Under the pieces are notes generated by a model. It was not told where the DNA came from, did not search any database, and was given only the letters and a program-made list of their open reading frames with translations. From Thelocarpon superellum (taxonomy: Eukaryota), in NCBI GenBank assembly GCA_026025795.1, contig JAPEUG010000145.1, forward strand, positions 1 to 36,985: a stretch of 36,985 nt of DNA, written 5' to 3'. Position 1 is the stretch's first letter. Each line of letters starts with the position of its first letter. Shown here piece after piece: positions 24,323 to 36,617 of this stretch. A program made the position numbers and the translations under genes.

Positions 24323-24870
24323 GGTCAGACTCGGGAAAGCAGGTCCAGATGGGAGCAAAGATGGTCGAGCAAGCTCAGGAAATATGGCACCAAGACCTGC
24401 AACGCCGACATGAGGTCCGCGAGGGTGAAAGGCGACAGGGTGAAGGTGGCGGACGCTCGGTGGGGTGGTGGGGCGGAGAGATGTTCTCACCCTGGCCGGC
24501 GCACGACGAGCAAATGAAGCTCCGATCCCCGGTCCGGCGCGCGACAGAGACCCTTGAGGTGAAGCGATGCGAGGCGAGACCCGGCCACATGGGATGACAC
24601 ACGCCGTCACGCTCCGCCCGGACCCGTGAGCGACAGAGCCGCTGGGCCACTGCTTCGCTGAGGTCGGCAGACTACCCTCGCTTGAACCAAGGAACCCATG
24701 AAGAACAGACGCTCACGGACACGATGACTGTGTGAACCTGTGGAGGTGATACAAGGCTGTTGCTGATGCGAGATCACCCTGGCCAATTGCACAATATCTA
24801 ATGCCTAAGCTATTGGTCCTGCGATCTACAGACAAAGCTTCAATCGTGGCTTGTTCAACCTCGCACATTC

Positions 24871-25126
24871 TGTGAGGCCGGGAGGTCCACGCCTCGCCAC
24901 AAGGATACGAGTGATCACGTGATGACCACGTGATGGTCACATGATGTAGGACATGACCTGGCATGCTGTATATAAACCAAGTCCCACTGCGAGCTAGCAG
25001 AGCCCCAGTGTTCAACTCGAGTAACACGAGGAGGCTAGTCATAGGTCTATGAGCCCTAGGAGCCACAGAGTCAACTCCATTGACTACATCTACTGTTTCC
25101 GCCTAGCTGTAGGCCTCGTCGTCACA
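24871..25126 (+). mobile_element. Solo LTR, family A, copy A1 (256 bp)
   Basis: TGTGA...TCACA termini, TATATAAA at 24969, high identity to 25432..25688; flanks CATTC/CTAGG do not form a TSD. Strand inferred from the TATA orientation. Confidence 0.85.
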
Positions 25127-25147
25127 CTAGGGTTCATAGACCTATGA

Positions 25148-25316
25148 TGTTACGCGTGGGGTTCCGTGGACTGTCACGTGTAGGCACGTGATCAGGCGAG
25201 GCTCTGCCCCACCTGGCTATTAACCTCGCTTCTTCTTAATTCCCTTTCTCCTTAAGAATCAGTGTTGTTACTACTTGCGACCTCAGTTAATGATAAAACC
25301 CATTGAGCTTGTTACA
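25148..25316. mobile_element. Solo LTR, family B (169 bp), inserted in A3
   Basis: TGTTAC...GTTACA termini flanked by TSD TATGA (25143..25147 and 25317..25321); no similarity to family A. Confidence 0.82.
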
Positions 25317-25431
25317 TATGACTAGCCTCCTTGTGTTACTTGAGTTGAACACTAGGGCTCTGCTAGCTCATAGTAGAACTTGGTTTATACACAGTATGCT
25401 AGGTCACATGCTGTATTATGTGACTATCAAG

Positions 25432-25688
25432 TGTGAGGCTAGGAGCTCCACACCTCACCACAAGGATAGGAGTGATCACATGATGGCCATGTGATGGTCA
25501 CATGGTACAGCATGTGACCTGGCACACTGTATATAAACCAAGTCCCACTGTGAGCTAGCAGAGCCCCAGTGTTCAACTCGAGTAACACAAGGAGGCTAGC
25601 CATAGGTCTATGAGCCCTAGGAGCCACAGAGTCAACTCCATTGACTACGTCTACTGTTTCCGCCTAGCTGTAGGCCTTCGTCGTCACA
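25432..25688 (+). mobile_element. Solo LTR, family A, copy A2 (257 bp), inserted in A3
   Basis: TGTGA...TCACA termini flanked by TSD TCAAG (25427..25431 and 25689..25693). Confidence 0.9.
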
Positions 25689-25946
25689 TCAAGTGGCCAT
25701 CACATGATCACTCCTATCCTCATGGCGAGGTGTGGAGCTCCTGGCCTCACACTAGCAGCCGACATAGACAGCTGCTAGTCTGACTAATCTATCTCCTATT
25801 CGACCCACCGGCCCATCCCGTCGCGAGCCCGTCGTGGCTCCAGATAACTTGAGCTCCGAAGAGATACTTCGGGGCTCACCATTCCATCGCTGAGCATCTC
25901 TGTTGCCGGTGGTGTCATCCGGCCACCTCAGGAGCCAATGGGAGCC

Positions 25947-26166
25947 TGTCACGACCGGTCAGACCAGACAGGACAGTCGCCGCAGCCAGCACAGCGCCAT
26001 CGGTGGCCAGGTGGCCAATCGTCAGGTCCCCGGCCAGCTCGGTGGGCATCGGGCACCCGCCGAGTCACAGGGCCATGTGCGTCGTCAATTCGAGTAGTTT
26101 GGGTTGTAGGATGCTCCATCAACTATAGCTAGCAAGCTACAACATATAGGTTGGACCAACGTCACA
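25947..26166. mobile_element. Possible third-family solo LTR (220 bp)
   Basis: TGTCACG...CGTCACA imperfect inverted termini, LTR-like size, adjacent to the nest; no TSD (GAGCC/GGATG) and single copy in the window. Confidence 0.35.
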
Positions 26167-26286
26167 GGATGTTCGTCATAAGCTAGCTAGCACTGGGGAT
26201 AAGGCAGAGCCATATGACATACAGCAGAGCCGTTGTCACACGCGTATGACACATAGGGTCGGTGGCTGTCGGGTCGCGGGGTCGTG

Positions 26287-26313
26287 GTCACGTGTCGTGC
26301 GGTCCCACGTGAC
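26287..26313. promoter_or_regulatory. Pair of GTCACGTG (Cbf1/bHLH E-box) sites upstream of UTP20
   Basis: GTCACGTG at 26287..26294 and CACGTGAC at 26306..26313. Confidence 0.45.
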
Positions 26314-26793
26314 CCTGGGTCGCGCCGGGTTCCTGAAACCTCACCAGGCGCCCCTCTGATTTTGGATAGGGAAACAACAAAGATAAATTCACGACTATTA
26401 AAAGACCCTATTGGGCGGGCGAGAATGAGCTTGCGGTCATCGCGTACGTGCGGGTCCGTAACGGACTCCAACCGGGTCTGGTCGACGTAGAGTTTCGAAA
26501 GTTCGCCACAGTCGTAGCGTAGCTCGCCTCGCAAGTTGATTAATCGAAGAAATGTGAAATGTGGATGTCGTCCTCGTACTCGTACTTGTGGGAGACCGCC
26601 CGCTGCACAGATGTCAAGTGATTCGGCAACAATTCCTCGATCTTTTCGGCATCGCACGAGTCTACTTGGCTAGGAGCAAGCCCGCGAGAAGTCGGCAGGC
26701 AACTTGTAGAGCCTGAACACTTCCACGGTTTACTACCAAGCTCGACCAAATGGCCGTAGAGGTCGATCAGATGCTCTCATCCCGGACCACCGC

Positions 26794-29700
26794 ATGGCGG
26801 CACCGTGTCTGACTGACGGACGGCAGATGGCCATGTCCTTTGGGGCCACAATGTCCCGAGGCGTACGGAAGGGCGGCACGGTCTCATCCAAACATCACCG
26901 TTTTGAGTCCTTCACCCAGCGCCTCGCAAAGATCACGATCGAGCCGGTCCGGAGGGTGCGACGACGTGATCTCGACGAGGATGACGCCCCCGCAACCGCC
27001 TCCTACTTCAAGGCGGCACTGGAGAAGTGGGACGACCTGAATACGTCCGAAGGTTTCACCGCCTTCGCTCGAGCCATCACACCCTTCTGCGACAGCTTGC
27101 CTCAGCTCGTACACTTCCAGGACCGTATTGCGGATCTCCTCGTGCTCGAGCTCGAAAAGAGAAACGCCCTGTCCCTCGAGGCACTGCTAGCCCTGACGGC
27201 TCAATTTGCCCACGACCTCGGACCCCAGTTTGAGAAACACTATGCACGAATCATGTCCGTGGTTGCTGCCATTGCCGCCTCCCATCCTGACGTCGACGTC
27301 ATCGAATGGAGCTTCACCTGTCTCGCATGGCTCTTCAAGTATCTCTCACGCTTACTCGTCCCCGATCTCCGGCCTACCTACGACCTCATGGCGCCGCTGC
27401 TAGGGAGAGAGCATCAAAAGCCCTTCGTCACCCGCTTTGCGGCCGAGGCCCTGAGCTTTCTGGTCCGAAGGGCCGGGACCATCCACCACCGAGACCATGA
27501 CCCGCTCGAGAGGATTGTCGCACATGCTCTCGATGACCTTGAGCATGCCACAGCCGCCAGAAAGACCTCGCTCTATCAACAAGGCTCGATGGCATTATGG
27601 GCCGAGGCCATCAAGGGAATCGGTCGCTCCATTCACTCGAGCGGGCCGACCATCCTACGATGCCTGATGGAACGAGCGCTGCAGATAAACCCCACCAAGA
27701 GGGAGGGGGCCGAGCACGTAATGTGCGGCGTCCTTACCAACGTACTGCACCACACCGATGCCGACACATTCCAGCCGCTCATCGACGTCATCCTCTCGTG
27801 CGTCGACCAAGCCTCCTCGCAACCGACGCAGCTGGTCATCGCCGGTCGACTGCTCTTCATTGTCGCAGGTGTCCGGAAGGGCTCCAGGGTTGGTGATTGG
27901 CGACCATGGCTGAAGGCTTGCGTCATGGCCCTTCCGTCCGCCGTCGACCTGGTGAGCGACGAAGCCTTTCGCCGCGCCATGCCAGTCGTCGCCGCCACCG
28001 CCATCATCTTACACTCGGCCCCATTGGATATCACGCTGCCCTACTTTCGCCCCATTGTGGAGCTCATCGCCGACTCCTCTTTGCCATTCCTCTTCTTTTG
28101 CAACTACCTTGCTTCCTTGGATCCCAAGCGGTTCCGTGGCTTCGTACTCCCATACTTTCAACGCTTTCTTCTCCGTCAGTGGGAAGAATCAGAAGCTAGC
28201 CTGTGCCTCTTGATCGCCAAATGGTCGACGCTGGATGGGATGTCCGACGGAGCGTGGGAACGCATTGCTTGTCCAGAGGCGTGGCAGAGTCGCATGTTAC
28301 AGGCATTTCGACAACTAGCGAACCCTGGAGAGAGGGTGGAGAGTGCCCTGGAGGTGAGCCGGGATGACATCTATCGATGTAATGCTTACCTGGACATCCT
28401 GGACTCAATCTCATGCGAGCCAGCCGTTCGCGCCGCAATCAATCACGACCTTCGCCGACTGCTCTCCACCGCACTCAGGACCGACCTTACACTGGCCCCA
28501 GAGACCGCATCATTTGCCCTGGGCCATGGCTTTATCAGCTACGTGGCTGGCTGCGACCAAGTCGACGTTGCACTTTGGCCGGCCCTACTCTCGCACGGGG
28601 GGCATCACGTTCGCTGCATACCATTTTTGCAAGGACTATTGGCCTACCTCAAGAAACTCGCAGAGTAAGTGGCGTCGACAAAGAGGGCGACATTTGGGCT
28701 GACCATCTTAGTGGGGCCCCCGGCAGTCTTGACCCCGAGCAGCCGCTGCTGATCGCGGTGCGCCAGAATCTCGCCAGCCCGTCGTCCCTAATCCGAGCTC
28801 GGTCGGTACAAATTCTTCAGTTGCTGTATCAGGCGGAGCACGGTCATTCCCTAGAGTTGCTGTCGCTCGCACTCTCCATCGAAGAAACGCCCCTGTCTTT
28901 GCAGTCGGCACGGACCATCTCCATGCACATCCGAAGGTTGGCGACCTGCTTCAGAACCGAGGAATTCGCGCCGTGGATCAGACAGCTGGTCCCGACATAT
29001 TTATTTGGTCTCTTGAATGTCCCACTGTCGCAAGTCTGGGAGGACGCTACGGCGGCCCTGGGCCAGATTGCGTCATCCGATGGAGGGGAACAGGACGTGG
29101 CGGGTCTGGCGTTCCGTTGGCTTGACGAGGTTCCATTGGCGGATCCGATCGTGGGTGACACCCCTGACGCGCCCGCAAGAGGGCCCGTTGCGACGGCGTA
29201 TCAATGCACAAACGTCATGACCTTGACGGCGCTGCTCGAGAAGACTATCACCGAGCTCAGGGCAGGTGGCCCGGCGTTGGAAAGGGGATTCCAGGAGCAG
29301 CATCGACTTAACCCCTCGGTCTCTCCAATGGCGCGTTCGCAGGGACTGAGGGTATTGAGAGGTGCCCCACACATCGCCGAGCGACGGTCACGTCAACTCG
29401 TCCCCATTCTGCTTTCCTGGGCTGGTCGCGAGGAAGAAGTCGAGGAAGCAGAGGACGACTCGTCTGGCCTCGAGGTCGCAAGGACAGCCACGACGCCTGG
29501 CCATTGGTCTCGCACGGACCGGAAGGGCATGCTGAGCCTGTTTGCTCAATTCATCAATCCCAACGTTCTGTACAAGAGCGCCGACGTTTACAAAACCTTG
29601 CTGGAGCTCCTTGCAAACGGTGACGTCGACTTGCAGAAACCGGCCTTGGACGCCATCCTGACCTGGAAGAGCCCGAGCCTTACCACGTACCAGGAAAACC

Positions 29701-32700
29701 TTCGCAACCTTCTTGACGACGCGCGTTTCAACGATGAGGTCTCACGTTTTGTCCATCCCCACGAGGAAGATGGTCAGATCCAGCCCGAACATCGTGCGGA
29801 GCTGGTCCCCGTCCTGTTACGAATGCTCTATGGTCGGATTGTTGCACGCAAAGGTGCGGCCAGTGGGAAGCGTGGCATGACGGGACGGCGGAAGATGGTA
29901 ATGAAAGCCTTGGCTGCCTTTCCGGACGAGGAGCTGCAGGACTTCATCTCCCTGGCGCTTGGGAGTCTTGGTGCCGTGACCCTCGATGAGCTCGACCGGC
30001 ACGAGCTTGAGACCGAGTCACGAGGGGCGCCGATATCTTGGCGACGTCAGCTGGGGATGGTCAAGATGGTTGCCGATCTCCTGACGGAGCTGGGTCGACG
30101 GCTGGCACCCTTCACCGAAGCATTGTTACGGGCGCTGCTTTACGCGCTCATCGGGGTCGGACGCACGCTCTCCCACGGTCGGCCAACGGAAGACATGGAA
30201 ATGGTCGAAGGCGTTGGGATCGCTTCGCTCAAGAACATCCGCCAGACCGGTTATCATGGCCTTCAGCTCCTCTTCGTGGCCGGCACCGACTTCGAGTGGC
30301 AACCGTACATGTCGACGGTATTCCGGGAGCTGGTGAGCCCTCGCCTGCCCAATCTGCCTATCGAAACCGCCCAATCCCCGTCGGGGGTACTACAGCTCTT
30401 CTCCACCTGGTCGCGGCATGAGACGACCGTCTTCTTCCTCGTCGACTATGATGGCGCAGTGGTCGGAAAGGTCATGGAATGCCTGGTCGTCCCGTCGGCA
30501 AAAGAGGATGTTAAGCTGCACGCATTGAGCGTGGTCACGAACCTGCTGGACTTGTGGGACCGCGAGGATGCTCTATCGGACGAGGGGCGAGCCCGCCTCC
30601 GTGCGGACGTGATACAGCCCCACATCGAGACTATGCTCGGACGGCTCGGCGACGTGCTCGTCGGAAGTCCGGGTAAGGATTTACTGGAGCTATCGATCCG
30701 CACAGTGCAGCGACTGGCGCCGTTTGTCGCTCAATCGGCCGAGGTACGGAAGATGATCACCATAGCGCTGTTTCTGCTGGACCAACCGCTGCGACGCGTC
30801 GCTCCCCGGATGAAGAGCGATCTGCTTGGCATCCTCCAACATCTCGTCCCCCTCCACCATTTCGAGCTCGACCACGATCTGCAGGAGCAAATATTTACCA
30901 CCATCTCGTCCTTGTTTAACTTCTTCCGCGACCGGGCCAGCCGTGTCCTGCTCTCCAACGTGCTGATGGTCCTTGCCCAAGAGGAGCAGCAACTTCGTGC
31001 CGTGGCAGCATGGTGCCTGGATCTGAACGCCTTCTCCCCCGAGCGGGTCGATGAGCCTGATTTTGATCGCCGGCTCAAGGCCTTCAGCCAGATCGCTGAA
31101 TCACACTATCTGACCCTGACCGCTCGTCAATGGCGACCGGTACTGCACAACATGTTGTACTATATCAAGGACCAAGAGGAGCTCGCCATTCGAGCCAACG
31201 CGTCCTTTGCCCTCCGTCGCTTCGTGGAAGGGGCCCGAGGTGATCGCGATGGCGACCGTGAGGAGATGCAACAGCTCCTCTCCGCCGTTCTTCTACCTGC
31301 ACTGCGTCATGGGATGCGGGATGCGTCGGAACTGGTTCGCGCCGAATACCTTAGCGTTCTCGCGCATGCCATCACTCACTTTCCCGCCCATCCTGAGCTG
31401 TGCGACCTGCACGGCTTGTTGATGGGGGGCGATGAAGAAGCCTCCTTTTTTGGCAACGTCCTGCACATCCAGCAGCATCGGCGGCTCCGTGCGCTCCGAC
31501 GGCTTACCGCGGCCGCTCAGCAGGGGCAGTTGGGAAGCGACAACATCAGCCACATGCTTCTCCCGCTGCTGGAGCACTTCATTTCGCTGCGTACGGAGGA
31601 TGGGAGCGGACAGAGTCTCGCGGCGGAAACCGTGACGACGGTGGGATGCTTGTTGGAATGGGTCGAATGGGCACCATTCCGTGCCATCTTCAAGCGCTTC
31701 ATTGGATACTTCGAGAGCAGCCCGGAGCCAGAGAAGATCGTCATCAGACTGCTTGGCGCGACTGCCGACGCTTTGGGCCGCGCCGCCGAAGTCCGGATGG
31801 ACGCAGACACGCCGACCACTCCCAGTCCACTCTCACGAACGATGCCGGTGTCAGATCGACTGGGCCACGTCGTGACCGCCACCTTCGTGCCCTCCATGAC
31901 TCGCTTCCTGCGACACAAAAACGATGCTGTCGTTAGCCTGCGCATCCCTGTGGCCGTCACGATCGTCAAGCTCTTGAAGCTATTACCGCCGGCCGAACGA
32001 TCTGACCGCCTTCCGCCGGTGTTGACGGATATCTGCCACATTTTACGGAGTCGCGCGCAAGAATCGCGGGACCTAGCGCGCAAGACACTGGCCGAGATCA
32101 TGACGCTCCTGGGCAGCGACCACTTTGGCTTCGTGCTCAAGGAGCTCCGTGGTGCGCTAGCCAGAGGTTACCAACTACACGTGCTGTCGTACACCGTCCA
32201 CTCTATCCTCGTGACCAACACGTCACTCTTCGGCCCCGGCGACCTGGACTACTGTTTACCACAGATCGTGGCCGTCGTGATGGATGACATCTTTGGGGTG
32301 ACGGGGCAGGAGAAGGATGCCGAGGACTACATCAGCACGATGAAGGAGGTCAAAAGCCGCAAAAGCTTCGATTCGATGGAGCTCATGGCCAGCATGACCA
32401 CTATCTCGCGACTGGGTGACCTGGTGAAGCCGTTGCAGGCCTTGTTGGCGGAAAAGCTGAACGCCAAGCTGGTCCGCAAGATCGATGAGCTCCTCCGGCG
32501 CATCGGGGTCGGGCTCATTCGAAACCCCGCCGTGTTCAGCCGCGATTTCCTGGTCTTTTGCTACGAGCTCATCCACAGTATCCCAACGTCTCCCGCGACC
32601 GGAGTCGTCCAGCCCATCCGACAAGATGGAAAACCGCCCTTGAAGGCTCGCCAATTGATCCGTCTCACGGGCGCGAAGAAAACGCACGATCGGGGACGAA

Positions 32701-34706
32701 CGACGGTATACGACTACAAGATTGTGCGCTTCGCCCTAGACATCCTTCGCGCCGTCCTGCACAAGTATCCCGCCCTTCAAACAGCGTCATCAATGGCCGC
32801 CTTCATGACCGTCATCCGCGATTGCTTGCCGCAGGGCCAAGAAGAGGTGCAGATGTCCGCCGTCCGACTGCTGACGGCGATCATCAAGGTGCCGTTGCCG
32901 GAGATGGATCAGGAGGCCGAGGCCTACATCATCCACGCGGTGCGCCTAGTCAAGACCGCGGTCTCGATGAACACGGAACTGGCCCAGGCGTCGCTGAAGC
33001 TTGTGTCGGCCATCTTGCGGGAACGGCGAGACGTTGGGATGGAGTCGACGAAGCTGACGTCACGCCTGGCCTTTTTGCTCGAACGTCTGAAACCCGAGCT
33101 GCAAGAGCCAGATCGTCAAGGAGCCAGCTTCAACTTCCTGAAGGCGGTGATGGCGCGAAAGATTCTACTGCCAGAAGTATATGATGTGATGGATCGGGTG
33201 GCGTCCATCATGGTGACAGATCAGACGCGCAGCACTCGCGATCTCGCGCGGGGATGTTACTTTCAGTTCCTCATGGAGTATCCGCAGGGCACGAAGCGAT
33301 TCGCCAAGCAGATGGCATTTTTGGTCAAGAATCTCGAGTATCCCTACCCTGATGGAAGACAGTCGGTGCTGGAGGTAATGCATCTGCTGATCACCAAGGT
33401 GGGGGATGGAATGATTGACGACATCTTGGGCACGATCTTTGTGCCATGTGTCATGGTGCTCAGTAACGACGAGTCGGACGAGTGTCGCGACATGGCGGCG
33501 GCGCTGCTGCGGCAATGCCTTGAACGCGCGCCGGAGGAGCGGATACGGACGTTCGTGGCGCTGCTACGCGCGTGGCTGGATCAAGAGGAGCGACTCGTCT
33601 TACGACGAGTGGCGCTTCAGTGCTACGACTTGTACGTCGACGTCCAGCCGAGCCGGAGCGAGACGGAGGTGCCCCTGCTGCGTGCGCACGTGCTCGAGAT
33701 CATCCAACAGCCCCCTACCCCGTCCGAGCTGAACGGGGACTACTCGGAGCTGGCCCACGTTGCACTTCACACCTGGACCCGCATCTGCCACGCCTTTCCT
33801 CCTCTCGCGTTTGCGCTTGCCTCGCAGCCGCTCTGGTCGGCCGTGGACGCGTGCCTGTCTTGGCCGCATGCCGGCGTGAAGCTCGTGGGCAGCAGTCTCG
33901 TCGGATCATTCCTGGCCGACTTTGCCCGTACTCACGCTACGACGGGACTGGCGCAGCTCCCCTTGACCGGCTCCGCTGGGCTTCGTCTCGGCTCGGCAGA
34001 AATCCTCCATTTGACGCGGCGGAGCATCGGGGTGTTGCGCGGGACTGGTTTAACGGAGGCCCTGGCGACGCAGACGGTACGCAATCTAATCTTTCTGGGC
34101 AAGTGTCTCGGGGCTAGTCGAGTGTTGTGGAAGACTGGTCCGGCGGACGAGGATCCCGCGGATGCCGAGGAGGACGAGGAGACGCCATCAGCGGAAGACG
34201 GCGACACGGCACTGGTGCGTCTCTTCGAGCGACTGTCCGTCATCCTCCGCCGAGAGCCTGTGACGACACGGGCGGCCGCGTTGGTGGGCAAGACGGCGTC
34301 ACTCCAGCTCATGGCGGCGCTCTGCAGCCATTTGAGCACCGATGTGCTGGCGCCATGTCTTCTCGCCATCCTCCTGCCGCTCCACCATCTCACGGATGAG
34401 CACATCGCGGCGCCTCACTCATCCGACCCGTCGTTCCAGGCGGCCTACAAAGCACTGCAGGCGAGCAGCCACGAGATCATGGCGCTCCTCCAGCAGAAGG
34501 TGGGGACGACTGCGTACGTGACGCAGTACGCCCAGGTGCAGCGGGCGGTGCGCGCGCGACGCGAGGTTCGACGGGTGAAGCGCCGCATTGGGGCCGTGAT
34601 GGAGCCGGAGCGGATGCAGCGGGACAAGCGGCGCAAAGAGGAGCGGAAGAAGGTGAAGCGCAAGGAACGTTCTGCAGAAGAGCGGGGGAAGCGGAGGGGG
34701 TGGTGA
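26794..34706 (+). CDS. UTP20: U3 snoRNP/SSU processome HEAT-repeat protein Utp20; exons 26794..28664, 28712..34706 (true start may be ATG 26827, 26833 or 26851)
   Basis: HRFESFTQRL, SLPQLVHFQ, IEWSFTCLAWLFKYL, DEPDFDRRL, LHIQQHRRLRAL, RGYQLHVLSYTVH, KNLEYPYPDGRQS and a basic C-terminus; the 47-nt intron 28665..28711 (GTAAGT..GCTGAC..TAG) joins the two long ORFs. Confidence 0.96.
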
Positions 34707-34799
34707 GATTATCCTAGCCCTCCACTATGCACCATGCGTTTGGCCCCTGGCATTCCCTATATCCATCTACATTGTACGCTCGCATGTACATATCTCGCA

Positions 34800-35459
34800 T
34801 CAGACGTGACCCTGGACGCCGTCAGTAGCATGTGGTGTCGTCGAGCCGTCCTCCCAAAACTCGACATCACCATCAGTACCGAGGGTGCCCTTCTTCACCA
34901 GCTCCCCCTTCTGCCGCATGAGGTCCTCCACCGTCAGGGACGTATCCGAGAAGATCTGGAGATGATCGCTGATGACGTGTCGATTCTTGCACCCGGGACA
35001 CGAGATGAGCACCGTGCCCTTGTGATAGCCCTGCTTGGAGATGCGATGCGAGGAGCGCGTCTTGCACGGTTTGCAGGTAAAGGTCATCTCGTAGGCGGGC
35101 GCCTCATCGGCGGGTGGTGACGGCGAAGGCTCGGCGGTGGCGTCGGACTGTTCTGGCGAGAGCGAGGAAGTGCTCGTGGTGATGGTGATACATGGCTGTC
35201 GTCGTTGGAGAAGTGGACGCTGCCGTGCAAACTGCCGTCGTCTGAGAAGCAAGCTTCCCCCTGCGACCGATGACAACGGGCGACTCGAAGATTGCAAAGG
35301 GTGGATGAGGCGTGGATAGGTCGATGAGAGGCGAGAGGGCCCGTCTCGGTCTGATCTTGGAGGATACCATCCAAGAGAACGAGCCTGAAGATTAGGATGG
35401 GCCTTTGGCTGTATCGATCGAGCTCGAAGAGACCGGATGACCCAACGCGACGATTGCAT
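34800..35459 (-). CDS. ZIM17: Mitochondrial Hsp70 escort protein, DNL zinc finger (Zim17/Tim15/Hep1)
   Basis: Arg/Ser-rich presequence, then [48 protein letters not shown]. Confidence 0.94.
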   Translation of the reverse strand: MQSSRWVIRSLRARSIQPKAHPNLQARSLGWYPPRSDRDGPSRLSSTYPRLIHPLQSSSRPLSSVAGGSLLLRRRQFARQRPLLQRRQPCITITTSTSSLSPEQSDATAEPSPSPPADEAPAYEMTFTCKPCKTRSSHRISKQGYHKGTVLISCPGCKNRHVISDHLQIFSDTSLTVEDLMRQKGELVKKGTLGTDGDVEFWEDGSTTPHATDGVQGHV

Positions 35460-36617
35460 GGTGGAGGGTGGAGGATGGAGTGTGGATGGCTGGTGGACGA
35501 TGTTCGGTACAGGACCTAGCACGAGCGCGGTCCGTTGAAGATCGGGAGCAGGGTTCCCTTTTAAATTCAGCAAATTGGACCAATCACAGTGGAGGGCGAA
35601 GATAGTAAATTCAGCTATCTGCGAGACGACCGTTTTATAGCATAGGGTTCCGTCTCGGTAAGCACAACTGACTAGAAGATAATTAGGTCAAAGTGCACGT
35701 GATCCCCTAGATCCACCACACCGTGTACTGTTTGTCAGCCGAAGCTGAGTAAGGTGCGGTGACGGAAACAGCGCCGAAGCGCCGCAGAGAAACCCGTCTC
35801 CTTCCCCAACAAACACTTGGAAGGATAGCAATACAGGAACCATCATCAGGATGTCCACCGACACCCCTCGGGAATGCACGAGATCTTCATCGCGCGATGG
35901 GAGGAGTCCTTACCTGCACGGCCCCTTTCTCGAAGCTTGGTCCTCCAGCGTTTGTTGGCCTGGTCGAGTTCGAGCGAGGGGCCGTCGGTCGTGGCCCGCC
36001 GTCACTGGAGCAGGAGGATGACACGCAAGAGGATTGGTGATGATTCGCACTCTTGGAGTAGCTCGCCGGCGCCTTGGGGTGTCCAGACGATCTGACAGAC
36101 CCAAGGCGAGACTGAAGTCCGACCGCGGGCGTCGGGAGGTCGGGGAAGAGAAGAGAGGATCGGTGTCCCGCGCTGGGAGCTCATGCTGGCTCGGAGGATG
36201 CGGGCGATTATGGATGAGGAGATGAAGACGGAAGACGGAAGACTGGAGAGAATGGACGGACAGGCCGTGCTTAATGCCCATATTGGAATCACCAGGACTC
36301 GACATGGCGCAAGTATGATTTGGCTCGGTCGTGGGTCGAAAGAGGCAGTGTCATCCTACGCATTTCTTGCCTCCGATCTCGGTCGTGGGTCCCATCATGG
36401 AAGGAGGCCGCACTCATTGGAGGAGGGGCGTCCAGCTTCGACAATGACACCCGACCCGTCGCCTCTTGACGATGGGAATACAGAAGGTCCAGAATGGAAA
36501 GGGCGTCCGACAAGTGCCCGGCAATCTTGAGCGTGCCCGCTGCCTAACAGCATCGTAGGATCTACAAAGTACGGTCTTTTCACATCGGGGCATACGCAGT
36601 GCATGAGAACAGTCGTT

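Larger units (their letters stand above)
25127..25751 (-). mobile_element. Family A LTR, copy A3, inverted, split into three pieces (25127..25147, 25317..25431, 25689..25751) and 3'-truncated
   Basis: Reverse complement of the pieces joins into tgtgaggccaggagctcc...tgtgtataaaccaag...gctagtcataggtctatgaaccctag, collinear with A1/A2. Confidence 0.85.

Noticed and set aside
24713..25627. Three similar short ORFs (MTSLLVLLELNTGALLA...) resembling a peptide family or toxin-antitoxin array
   Set aside because: They are antisense translations of the three family-A LTR copies.
28413..28712. Apparent frameshift between the two UTP20 ORFs
   Set aside because: A canonical 47-nt intron (28665..28711) joins the frames.
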